Of a stretch of 45,822 nt of DNA, positions 37,201-45,822 are shown in pieces. The stretch spans positions 1-45,822 of the forward strand of contig JAEOSK010000022.1 of the NCBI GenBank assembly GCA_016840405.1, read 5' to 3'. The position numbers and the translations under genes are program-made. This DNA comes from Candidatus Hermodarchaeum yapensis (GTDB lineage: Archaea > Asgardarchaeota > Hermodarchaeia > Hermodarchaeales > Hermodarchaeaceae). Numbering within the stretch: position 1 is the stretch's first letter; the number at the start of each line of letters is the position of its first letter. A model generated the notes under the pieces. It worked only from the letters and a program-made list of their open reading frames with translations, made no database searches and was not told where the DNA came from.

Positions 37201-37926
37201 TTATTTAGTTTCAAGGTTGCGTTTCCAATCTTTCACAATTTGTCGTTCGCGATGAAAATGCCCGAGTTCACCACCCCATTTTCCCCCAACGAACGCACCT
37301 AGCGTTTCAAGTGCGGCAAGGGCTAGTCCGAAAGCGATACCGACCCATTCACCACCCAACACAAAGCCGATGGTACCCACCCAGAGCGCGGTGAAGGCTG
37401 TCCAGTACCCAGCAAAGAAGAAGAACCATTGCCGGCGAGGCGGAGAGGCTTTCAAGTAAGTAGTGTAATTGATTTTCAACGTAGGTAGGTAGTAGATATC
37501 ACGAGTAATTCCATCCAAACGAATCCCCAAGGCTTTCCCGAAAATTAGGCGTCCAAACGGATAGAAGAGAAACACGATACCCGCAACGAGGGCACCCGGA
37601 TAAAAATAAACCCAGAAGAGATCAACCCAGAAATTGCCCGTGGGCTGTAAATTGAAGAGAGCCAACCACACATAATAGAAGAGCCCAAGAGTCCCACATA
37701 GAAACCAGAAAAATAGCCATTTCAGCGACCTAGGTTTGCCCAAACGTTCTTCGTAGAGCAAATCGCGTATCTCTGCCGCCTTCGTGATACAGGCGTCATC
37801 GGGGGCAGGTTGACGTTTAATTTGCCCAACGATACGCCAAAAGTGTCGCCTCGTATCTGCATCCACTTGTTGAGGACTTGACACAATCTCAGTATGGATT
37901 TGATTTAGATCCTCAAGTAATCCCAT
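37201..37926 (-). CDS. Membrane protein, unknown function
   Basis: Long ORF with about 4 TM helices, co-oriented with its neighbours. Confidence 0.7.
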   Translation of the reverse strand: MGLLEDLNQIHTEIVSSPQQVDADTRRHFWRIVGQIKRQPAPDDACITKAAEIRDLLYEERLGKPRSLKWLFFWFLCGTLGLFYYVWLALFNLQPTGNFWVDLFWVYFYPGALVAGIVFLFYPFGRLIFGKALGIRLDGITRDIYYLPTLKINYTTYLKASPPRRQWFFFFAGYWTAFTALWVGTIGFVLGGEWVGIAFGLALAALETLGAFVGGKWGGELGHFHRERQIVKDWKRNLETK

Positions 37927-38014
37927 ACAACACAATATGTTCTTGGAAGTATATTTTTGCTAGTAAACCAGTTGTCTAAGTCGTTTTTTCGGCAATTGTT
38001 GAATTTCCCCACAT

Positions 38015-38590
38015 CTAATTGCTTTGATAGCTTTCATAATGAACGAGTTCGTTGAGCGGTTTTCGGGGTCGGGGTTGTTCTTTGGATTGCGTATGCCCAA
38101 TGGGAACAATTGCCACGGGCTGAATCGTAGCCGGTAGATTGAGGACTTTACTCAGGGCATCTTCTCGATACATTCCAATCCAACAGGCGCCCAAACCACG
38201 ATTCGCTACAGCAAGGAGCAGGTTCATCGTGGCAATAGCAGAGTCTTGGATGCAGAAACGATCGGCAAAGATGCTGTTCTGTTTACCCTTGTAGGCCTGC
38301 GTATCTGTACAGACAACGATGACAACAGGCGCTTGTTTCATGAAATTTTGGGGCGTCACCTTTATCGTGCGCTTTGATGAAATCGGAACCTCAATATCCG
38401 TCGTTGTTTCCCAGATTTTTTCGATGCTCTCCGGCTTCCGGATGATAACGAACCGCCACGGTTGGTTATTGCCCGCCGAAGGCGCCCAGCGTGCCGCCTC
38501 AAGAACGTGCAATAAGTCATCATCAGAAACCTCTTTGTCCGTGAAGTAATGAATACTCCGACGCTTCTTGACCAACTCGTCAAACTCCAA
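38015..38590 (-). CDS. Nitroreductase family protein
   Basis: RRSIH, APSAGNNQPWRF, GLGACWIG. Confidence 0.92.
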   Translation of the reverse strand: MEFDELVKKRRSIHYFTDKEVSDDDLLHVLEAARWAPSAGNNQPWRFVIIRKPESIEKIWETTTDIEVPISSKRTIKVTPQNFMKQAPVVIVVCTDTQAYKGKQNSIFADRFCIQDSAIATMNLLLAVANRGLGACWIGMYREDALSKVLNLPATIQPVAIVPIGHTQSKEQPRPRKPLNELVHYESYQSN

Positions 38591-38852
38591 ACATTCAACC
38601 TCCTGCTGTGAACGTAGTGAAGTATCACATCATTCTTGATATTTTTTAGCTTGATGGATTCTATGGTAACACGATTACAACACACTAATGGTTAAAAGAA
38701 AAGGGAAGAGGGCTAGTCTGTAGTCCGCGTCTCTCTTTTTTAGAAGTGTATTGGGTGTTTCACGGTGTCTTAAAACAGAAAGTGAACCGACTGGTTACCA
38801 TAACCATAAATATCTCATATGCTGAGACAGTATTCGCTTCTGGTGAGAAACT

Positions 38853-39164
38853 ATGCCGAAGATAAAAATCACTGTCATTAAACGATTTCATCCCAAAGAC
38901 GTCTTTGGCAAAGACTACGTTACCCCTAGTGGGAAAACTGCCACCGAATGCCAAAGCTTCAAGGATGGCCAAGAATTCATCATCGAAAAAGGGCAGAAAC
39001 CGGACGGCTTCTGCACTTGGGCTTGGTATGACGTCTACAAGGACCTCTCCGTCCTTAACTGGGGCGGTAACTTCCGCAACTGGATGGAAGATGGCATCAT
39101 GTACACAGCTTGCTCAGATGGTGTCCGACCAGTCTGCTTCAAACTAGAACGTCTTGATGAATAA
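38853..39164 (+). CDS. TIGR04076 family protein
   Basis: FKDGQEF, PDGFCTWAW, CSDGVRPVCFKLER. Confidence 0.85.
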   Translation: MPKIKITVIKRFHPKDVFGKDYVTPSGKTATECQSFKDGQEFIIEKGQKPDGFCTWAWYDVYKDLSVLNWGGNFRNWMEDGIMYTACSDGVRPVCFKLERLDE

Positions 39165-39206
39165 CCGGTACTGATTACACTAAGACTTTAAGAAAAACAA
39201 CGGTGA

Positions 39207-40208
39207 ATGGTGTTGAATGAAACGGCGTTTCGCAAATACTTGTCAAAACGTAAAGTTGACCCAGAGCAAGCCCAAACCTTCCTCAATTGCTTGGAAGAGC
39301 TGCAAAAGTTTCAAAAAACCGACAATATTGATTCCCTCCCTAAAGGCACAATATTACAGTATACAGAACACCTCGTCAAAGTTAATCCTGATGCAGTATT
39401 AGATACTCTCCGTGCACTCTACAATTATGGTTATTTCATCAAGAACTATGATTATGTGGCGGAGGTGCTGGACATCCATGAAGGATATAATGCCATGGAC
39501 AACCTGTTTGACCGCGTGGCTGAACAATTCGGAGAAACAGTTCGCGATGAAATCTTTACAGACATCCAATTGCCGCCGTTGGGCGTGGATCCTGAACCCA
39601 AGTGTGAGGTCACCAAAATTGTCATGAAGCGCTTGGAAGAGACGCTCGGAGAAGACAAAACGATTGAGCTACTTGCTCCCTGTTTGCATGGGCATGATGT
39701 TGAACCGAAAGCACGGGAGGATTTTCTCAAGCTCAAAGATATTGACGCCTTTCTAGAGTTTAAACATCAGACAGTCGTCGACCGCTTTCGCCAACATATG
39801 AAGAATGGCACCTTGGAATACGCTCAGTACGTCGATGAAGACGTTGTAGCGTATGTGGAAAATACACCAACCATCTCGCCCGGGATACGTGAAGGGGACA
39901 AAATCATCAGCACAAAAATTCCGTACCACATCAAAGCAATGCTGGACGCCAAGGACCCTCACATGAAACGCTATTATGTCTGCTATTGCCCCTGGGTACG
40001 CGGAGCAATAAGAAACGGGACCGAGGATGAAATCTCCTCAAATTTCTGCCACTGCAGTGCGGGATTTACCAAACAATACTGGGACATCGTCTTCAATCAA
40101 CCAGTCAAAGTGCAGCCTATTGAAACCGCATTAACCGGAGCATTACACTGCAAGTTTGCAATAGAAATTCCCAAAAAATACCAGAAGAAAGACGCAGCAA
40201 ACAGATGA
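39207..40208 (+). CDS. Cys-rich hypothetical protein (DUF6144/V4R-like C-terminus), paralog 1
   Basis: PCLHG, CYCPW, FCHCSAG, HCKFAI. Confidence 0.75.
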   Translation: MVLNETAFRKYLSKRKVDPEQAQTFLNCLEELQKFQKTDNIDSLPKGTILQYTEHLVKVNPDAVLDTLRALYNYGYFIKNYDYVAEVLDIHEGYNAMDNLFDRVAEQFGETVRDEIFTDIQLPPLGVDPEPKCEVTKIVMKRLEETLGEDKTIELLAPCLHGHDVEPKAREDFLKLKDIDAFLEFKHQTVVDRFRQHMKNGTLEYAQYVDEDVVAYVENTPTISPGIREGDKIISTKIPYHIKAMLDAKDPHMKRYYVCYCPWVRGAIRNGTEDEISSNFCHCSAGFTKQYWDIVFNQPVKVQPIETALTGALHCKFAIEIPKKYQKKDAANR

Positions 40209-40332
40209 TCACTGGATACCTGGTTGTCACCGCATTAAAACGTGGTTAGGAATAATAAGGGTAACTTCTGGTATCTGAAGACAGAAGCAGGGTACAAACA
40301 TCGTTGGAGTTCAGATAAAAAATTGGTGAAAT

Positions 40333-41328
40333 ATGTTGGATAAAATTGCGTTTCGTGAATATCTGACGGAAAAAAATGTTGATGAAGAACAAGCCACAAT
40401 ATTCGTCAGACGCTTACAAGAATTGAAGAAGTTTTTAAAAAGCAATGACATTGATACCCTCCCTCCAGACAAAATCCTTGAATACACCGAATCCCTTGTA
40501 GAAGCCGATTCCGATACGGTATTGGAATTCTTACGCGCTTTAATCCAATACGCGAACTTTACCAAAAACTATGAGTACGTCATTGAAATTATTGACATCG
40601 CAGAAGCCTTCAACGCCATGGACAACTTGTACCAACGAATCGGAGAACAACACGGGGAGAAGGTGCGAGATGACATTCTTGCCGGGATTGAGATTCCACC
40701 GTTAGGTGTAGATCCCGAAACAAAACCTGCATTCACCAAGGTTGTCATGCAACGCCTTGAAGAAAAACTGGGTGAAGACAAAACCATTGAATTGCTTGCT
40801 CCATGTTTGCACGGTCGACCCCTCGAAGAAGCGAAGCGAGATCGCGAAGATTTACTCCGATTAGGTGACATTGATGAATTCTTGGCATTAAAACATCAGG
40901 AATTCGTCGAACGGGTGAAACAGCACCAACAGGATGGAACGCTCGAATACGCCCAGTACGTCGATGATGACGTTGTGGATTATGTGATAAACACTCTCAC
41001 CATCGCTCCGGGGGTCCGAGAAGGTGATACAATCATCAGCACAAAAATTCCATATCAGACCATCAAGTATCTCACAGCTGATAGCGACCGGATGAAACGA
41101 TACTATTATTGTCACTGTGCATGGGTACGAGGAGCAATCAAAAATGGTGGCGAGCATGAGATTTCACCGAATTTCTGCCATTGTAGTGCCGGATTTACCA
41201 AACTCTACTGGGACGTTGTTTTTGACCAACCGGTCAATGTTAAACCCATTGAAACGGCGTTAACCGGAGCGTTACATTGTAAGTTTGCAATCCAGATACC
41301 AAAAGGGTATCAGAAATTCATCCAGTAG
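40333..41328 (+). CDS. Cys-rich hypothetical protein (DUF6144/V4R-like C-terminus), paralog 2
   Basis: Collinear with paralog 1; shared blocks LGEDKTIELLAPCLHG, GTLEYAQYVD, PIETALTGALHCKFAI. Confidence 0.75.
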   Translation: MLDKIAFREYLTEKNVDEEQATIFVRRLQELKKFLKSNDIDTLPPDKILEYTESLVEADSDTVLEFLRALIQYANFTKNYEYVIEIIDIAEAFNAMDNLYQRIGEQHGEKVRDDILAGIEIPPLGVDPETKPAFTKVVMQRLEEKLGEDKTIELLAPCLHGRPLEEAKRDREDLLRLGDIDEFLALKHQEFVERVKQHQQDGTLEYAQYVDDDVVDYVINTLTIAPGVREGDTIISTKIPYQTIKYLTADSDRMKRYYYCHCAWVRGAIKNGGEHEISPNFCHCSAGFTKLYWDVVFDQPVNVKPIETALTGALHCKFAIQIPKGYQKFIQ

Positions 41329-41390
41329 CTGAACCATTCCTTTTTTGTGCATCATGCGTAGCTGTATAGCGTCACAGGATGTTAGTGAAC

Positions 41391-41753
41391 ATGAATCGGA
41401 AACGGCTTGGAATCGCAATTCTCACAGGTGCGCTCTTAGGCATTCTCTGCATTATTGGAGTTGGACTTCGACTTCCTGGTGGATACTTTGCGAATTGGGT
41501 GTTCCTAATTGGGATGTGGTATAACCGTGTCATCATGGGGCTCGTGGTTGGCCTCGCTGATGAGATTGTCATCATTAAAGGGGAAAATAGCCGGGTGTGG
41601 GCAAACGCCATTGTTCGCGGGTTGATCTTGGGGCTCATCGTGTCAGCGGCTATCTTCCTTTCCACTGAATTTCGAGATATCCTCGCATTCTTTGCAGGCA
41701 TTATCTATGGCATTATTATTGACTTAGTTTCAACCGCTCTGAGCAGAACGTAA
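41391..41753 (+). CDS. Four-TM membrane protein
   Basis: GALLGILCIIG, WYNRVIMG, FFAGIIYGIIID. Confidence 0.75.
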   Translation: MNRKRLGIAILTGALLGILCIIGVGLRLPGGYFANWVFLIGMWYNRVIMGLVVGLADEIVIIKGENSRVWANAIVRGLILGLIVSAAIFLSTEFRDILAFFAGIIYGIIIDLVSTALSRT

Positions 41754-41865
41754 ACACAGCATAAAACATACAAACAAGAAGTCGTAACGCAAAAGCGTAC
41801 AAGCTCCAAATCTACGAAATGAAGAAAGGCAGGAAAGATTTGAAACTTGGGACTGTCTTGAATCT

Positions 41866-42909
41866 CTACTCCATGGTTACTGGACTCGTGCGGAGTTTAA
41901 GGAGTAATTGGATGGAAGCAATTGCAGCAGTCAACATTAACAGAATAGGTCCAAGAATCCAGCCCGCCCAAAGAAAGAGTGCGGATATTGCAAGGATGAA
42001 TAAGAGAATCAATTGACGAGGTTTATGCGGCCAATCGGTGGAGACAAAACTGCGAATTGTGAGGAATCCGAGAATAATAGGAATGGTACCAAAAATGATA
42101 GTAATGGCAATTTGAGGGCTGGCAGGAACCTGCAAGAGGGCTAGGCCCATTTGGTAGAGAAGGAAGATACCACTGGCAATGAATAACAGTCCGATGGTAA
42201 TACCCATCCAAGTAAGGAACTGCTGTTCTTCGCGAAGGCGAGGAAAACGCCAAAAGACCAACACAAAACCCAAGAGAAGGGTTACCAGAATCGGAGCAAT
42301 AATTGTAAGCGGACTTTGATAGTTCCATAAATGGGTAATAAGGACGGTGAAAGGCACTGTAACCCATTCGGTGAAGCTGAAGATTTCTTGATAACCGACT
42401 GCAATCGCAAAGTTTCCAGACATCACGGGCTCATAATAGGCAAGATAGTAGCGCCCAGTAGAAGGAGCCAAGATATCAAGATCATATAGCACGTAAAAGG
42501 ACGTGGGCGTGAATCCTTCATATTCCGGAATCAGTGATTCTGGTTCTAAAATCATCACCTGTGCACCGGAAGGAATTTCGAGGTTTTCGGGCGGTGTACT
42601 CATGTTAGTCAAGCCTTCGCCCATTAGGGCAAGGCGCGGTCGGAAGCCTTGATCCCCATCCGGAATGGGAACCATGAGCATCAGGCGGATTCGTTCTCCT
42701 ACTTGCATATCCAGATAGAAGTAATGCGGTTCATCAACTTCGTCAATGGTAGAATAGATGACCCACGATTTGGTTGGGTTTTCAATGGGTACAGCTTCAT
42801 CGAGTGAATGTCCACCCGCCATGAAAAGAGGCACATGGGCTGCAGTGGTTTGAATCAGAGAAAAGGCAACGAGAAACCCAACAAGAATCACGAAGCCACG
42901 TTTTCGCAT
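41866..42909 (-). CDS. Exported-domain membrane protein, unknown function
   Basis: Signal peptide ending AHVP, YEGFTP motif, several C-terminal TM helices. Confidence 0.75.
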   Translation of the reverse strand: MRKRGFVILVGFLVAFSLIQTTAAHVPLFMAGGHSLDEAVPIENPTKSWVIYSTIDEVDEPHYFYLDMQVGERIRLMLMVPIPDGDQGFRPRLALMGEGLTNMSTPPENLEIPSGAQVMILEPESLIPEYEGFTPTSFYVLYDLDILAPSTGRYYLAYYEPVMSGNFAIAVGYQEIFSFTEWVTVPFTVLITHLWNYQSPLTIIAPILVTLLLGFVLVFWRFPRLREEQQFLTWMGITIGLLFIASGIFLLYQMGLALLQVPASPQIAITIIFGTIPIILGFLTIRSFVSTDWPHKPRQLILLFILAISALFLWAGWILGPILLMLTAAIASIQLLLKLRTSPVTME

Positions 42910-43074
42910 GCTTCGAATTAGTTGAGAAGTGTCTTTTTACTCATTTGCTGTTCTTAAATAAAACAGTCAAGTCGTGAAGAGTATGTCCCGAACTGCATCT
43001 CTTAATCCATTAACATGTTATTTAGGCAAAAACGAGACTATTACTGCTGGTTGAAAAGCGACGTAGTGACAAAT

Positions 43075-44511
43075 ATGAAAGTGCTCTTCATCGAACCTCC
43101 CAAAGACTACTGGTTCATCATGGGAGAATACCGCCCACCGCCTTTCGGCATCCTCTGCTTAGCAGCCTATCTAGAAGCCCACCTCGAAGACGCAGAAATC
43201 AGTGTAGTGGACTGTCAAGCAGAACGACTTCAATGGGACGGGCTTGAAGACCGAATTACCACCTTCAAGCCGGACATGGTCTGTCCAGGTGCCCTTTCGA
43301 CGGTAAATACCTATCTTGTTGCCCGAACCGTCCAACTAGCAAAAAAAGTGAATCCAGACATCACCACGGTAGTAGGAGGGTTACATTTCTCTGTCCTTGC
43401 ACAGGAAAGTCTAGAAGCGTATCCAGAAATCGATTTCGTCGTACGTGGTGAAGGCGAAAACACCCTCTTGGAATTAGTAAAAACATTGGAATCCGGTCAG
43501 CCTCTCAAACAGGTGAATGGGTTAAATTACCGTCACCAAGGAAAGGTGGTCCAGACGCCTGATCGAACCCATATCAAGGACCTCGATTCGTTACCCTATC
43601 CCGGGTATCATTTCGTCCGAGACCATATGAAACACTATCATTTCACCATGATGGCAGGAAAGAAAAATCCCTATGCGTTAATCGAAGCCTCCAGGGGTTG
43701 CAACCATAAATGCTCATTCTGCACCCAATGGCAATATTGGGGACGCTGTCGACGTAAATCCCCCAAACGTGTCGCCGATGAATTTGAATACGTCTACCGT
43801 GAATTTGGCAGTCGGTTCCTCTGGCTCACCGACGACAACTTAGGCCTCGGGAAATGGATGGACCAATTCTGCGACGAATTACTCAACCGCGGTATTACCG
43901 ATGACCTCCTCTGGTTCATGCAAATTCGCGCCGATGATATCATTAAACACCAAGACCTGCTCCCGAAAATGCACCAAACCGGGCTACATTGGGCCATGTC
44001 TGGTGTAGAAACCTATGATGCCTCCCGGCTGGATAATTACCGAAAGGGGCTCGATCCATCAATGGCAAAACAGGCCATGGACTTGTTGAAAGCAAATAAC
44101 ATCATGTCACAAACGACCGCCATCATTGGAGACCGCAACGACACCCATGAATCAATTGAAGCTTTCCGAAAATGGCTAGATGATGTAAATCCAGACATTG
44201 CCATCTTTATGATCCTAACACCATATCCGGGAACCGAATTATACGAAACAGCGAAACGAGAAGGATGGATTGAAGATGAGAACTGGTTCCACTACGATAT
44301 GGTCCATGCCGTAATGCCCACCGAACACCTCTCTCGCCGAGAAGTCCAAAAAGAACTCTATAAATGTTACCGGAATTTCTTTGGGTCATGGCGGCGTCGC
44401 ATTGGCGGTCTGTTCTCAACGAATAGAATCAAACGTAGCTGTTACCGCTACATGATGAAACAAGGCGTGGTCCTGATACTCAAGGACCTCTATGAAATAC
44501 TTAGACCCTAA
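43075..44511 (+). CDS. B12-binding radical SAM enzyme (BchE-like, class B)
   Basis: PPFGILCLAAYL, VVGGLH, VVRGEGE, SRGCNHKCSFC, TPYPGT. Confidence 0.92.
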   Translation: MKVLFIEPPKDYWFIMGEYRPPPFGILCLAAYLEAHLEDAEISVVDCQAERLQWDGLEDRITTFKPDMVCPGALSTVNTYLVARTVQLAKKVNPDITTVVGGLHFSVLAQESLEAYPEIDFVVRGEGENTLLELVKTLESGQPLKQVNGLNYRHQGKVVQTPDRTHIKDLDSLPYPGYHFVRDHMKHYHFTMMAGKKNPYALIEASRGCNHKCSFCTQWQYWGRCRRKSPKRVADEFEYVYREFGSRFLWLTDDNLGLGKWMDQFCDELLNRGITDDLLWFMQIRADDIIKHQDLLPKMHQTGLHWAMSGVETYDASRLDNYRKGLDPSMAKQAMDLLKANNIMSQTTAIIGDRNDTHESIEAFRKWLDDVNPDIAIFMILTPYPGTELYETAKREGWIEDENWFHYDMVHAVMPTEHLSRREVQKELYKCYRNFFGSWRRRIGGLFSTNRIKRSCYRYMMKQGVVLILKDLYEILRP

Positions 44512-44559
44512 TTACCATTTTCCTCTTCGTCGAGAAGGATAGGAAGCGAAAATTCGAAT

Positions 44560-44931
44560 TTAGCGTTGGGCAAGCCCAATGAGATTTCCATCGGGATCAT
44601 AGAGTGCAGCTAAGGTATCGCCCCACGGTTTCTTTGTAGGAGGGTATTTGATCTTAGCACCAAGTTGCTTGAATCGATTAAAAGTCGCCTCGATATCATC
44701 AACCCGAAACCACAGAGAAACCGCCCCTGGGTACGTGAACTCGGTGTCCTTGACTTTATCGAAGCCTAAGTACGTTCCTGCGATGGGAAATCCAAGATGA
44801 TCGTCACCCTGCGATTGGGGCGGATTTAATTGAAGCCCGTCTTGATAGAATTGCGCGAGCTCTTTCATCCGAGCGGTGGCAATTATTATCGTGTCTATCG
44901 TGGCATTCGGAGCAGCAGTTTCCTTACTCAT
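44560..44931 (-). CDS. VOC/glyoxalase family protein (alternative start 44940)
   Basis: FYQDGL, LWFRVDDIE, PWG...YDPDGNLIGL. Confidence 0.88.
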   Translation of the reverse strand: MSKETAAPNATIDTIIIATARMKELAQFYQDGLQLNPPQSQGDDHLGFPIAGTYLGFDKVKDTEFTYPGAVSLWFRVDDIEATFNRFKQLGAKIKYPPTKKPWGDTLAALYDPDGNLIGLAQR

Positions 44932-44947
44932 TTCAGTCATCCTACCC

Positions 44948-45124
44948 TTAGGTTGGTGCATAATATCAGCGTTTAGGCGAGTCGACCTTTCCGTCCTTTT
45001 TCAAGGATTTCATCGCCTTCGAAATTACCTCTTTGGGTAAACCCGTAAGGTCAGCAATTTCTCCAGGACGCAGCGGTTTACCCGCGTCTTTCATTGCCTT
45101 CAAAATCGTATCTTCATCACTCAT
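44948..45124 (-). CDS. 58-aa wHTH (MarR-like) protein with in-frame TGA at the conserved Cys position; candidate selenoprotein
   Basis: MSDEDTILKAMKDAGKPLRPGEIADLTGLPKEVISKAMKSLKKDGKVDSPKR(TGA)YYAPT(TAA); TGA at 44966-44968; TATAAA box and AAGGGA RBS upstream; absent from the ORF track. Confidence 0.82.
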
Positions 45125-45222
45125 TTAATTCCCTTCACAAAGAGGAACTACGTTTGCTCCCAGATTTATATTCACTAAAGCATAAAAGACGAACTAATTA
45201 TCAAGTGGCGCTTGAATTAGCA

Positions 45223-45822
45223 ATGAAAAAAGTCAAAGACGATGTAGCCACGAAATACCAGCTACATAAACAACATCTCCTAAATCAGTCGCAAGCCGAT
45301 ACGGTACTGGAAGTTGTAGAGGATATTTTCGGGTTACACGCTACGAGCGCATCCACTCCCTACCTCTCCTTGTTTGCCCGAATGAAACAATTCCAGCGCA
45401 GCCTGTTAGATCAGGAGTTATACATTAAACGGAACCTAATTCGCCTCGGTTTCATGCGCCGCACGCTGTTCATCATGACAACAAAGCTGGCACCCCTCGC
45501 GTTTCAAGCCACCCGACTATCCGAAGCTCAAACTATGCAACTACTCGAAGGATGGAACATTCCCCGTTCCGAATATCAACGCCTTGCTGAATCAGTGTTT
45601 ACAGTGCTCAAGGATGGTGCGCAACCACTGCGAATAATTAAACAGGCAATGAGTCCTGGGCTCGTCCGAACCCTGGAAAGACAGATTGGCAAAAACGTCG
45701 CACGCATGACGAATGTGAATATCGCCCTCACCGTGTTAATGCAACAAGGCAAAGTCTTCAGCGAAAAGTATAGAGACCCCATCATGACCCGACATGAAAA
45801 CCGCTACGCCCTAACACGCACG
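45223..45822 (+). CDS. AlkZ/YcaQ-like (HTH_42) DNA glycosylase family protein, 3'-truncated by the window
   Basis: Frame begins MKKVKDD...; GLHATSASTPYLSLFAR and MRRTLF motifs. Confidence 0.8.
   Translation, partial: MKKVKDDVATKYQLHKQHLLNQSQADTVLEVVEDIFGLHATSASTPYLSLFARMKQFQRSLLDQELYIKRNLIRLGFMRRTLFIMTTKLAPLAFQATRLSEAQTMQLLEGWNIPRSEYQRLAESVFTVLKDGAQPLRIIKQAMSPGLVRTLERQIGKNVARMTNVNIALTVLMQQGKVFSEKYRDPIMTRHENRYALTRT

Noticed and set aside
8709-41328. Genome-wide TAG recoding to pyrrolysine
   Set aside because: Several full-length genes end at TAG at their expected C-termini (dppF 8711, PK_C 21279, paralog 2 at 41328).
44511-44947. SECIS element for the candidate selenoprotein
   Set aside because: The ATGA...GA segments after the stop do not form a proper helix II, and the hairpin near 44519-44545 looks like a terminator between convergent genes; no SECIS is claimed.
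2684-45785. Many short antisense or alternate-frame ORFs in the track (e.g. 9468-9848, 33502-34065, 34220-34582, 45576-45785)
   Set aside because: They lie over well-supported genes and lack motifs or an RBS.

Overview
Archaeal chromosomal window, most likely from an Asgard archaeon (inferred from archaeal 23S signatures, an enlarged H98/ES39 segment, a Rab-like GTPase and AGGTGA ribosome-binding sites). It opens with the 3' half of a 23S rRNA gene carrying two different interruptions. One is a 696-nt group I intron at the E. coli L1923 equivalent that encodes an I-CeuI-like LAGLIDADG homing endonuclease. The other is a 145-nt ORF-less bulge-helix-bulge-like intron in the peptidyl-transferase centre (U2449-C2452), whose apical loop is a perfect 10-nt antisense copy of the adjacent exon. 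Next come a Dpp/Opp ABC operon and about 45 metabolic, redox, repair and regulatory genes (TrxB/PDO, DinB, AbfD, radical SAM enzymes, a cold-shock protein, GNATs). Two IS200/IS605 relics are present: a tnpB with one in-frame TAG and a rearranged RuvC-II, and an ORF-less ~210-bp element that keeps an omegaRNA-like right end and its own TATA box. The strongest novelty candidates are (1) a 58-aa HTH protein missed by the ORF track (44948-45124, minus) with an in-frame TGA exactly at the Cys of the family motif SPKRC(Y/W), a candidate selenocysteine-containing regulator; (2) the PTC intron with an exon-antisense loop; and (3) the orphan omegaRNA element. Family assignments come from motif recognition only; no database searches were run.
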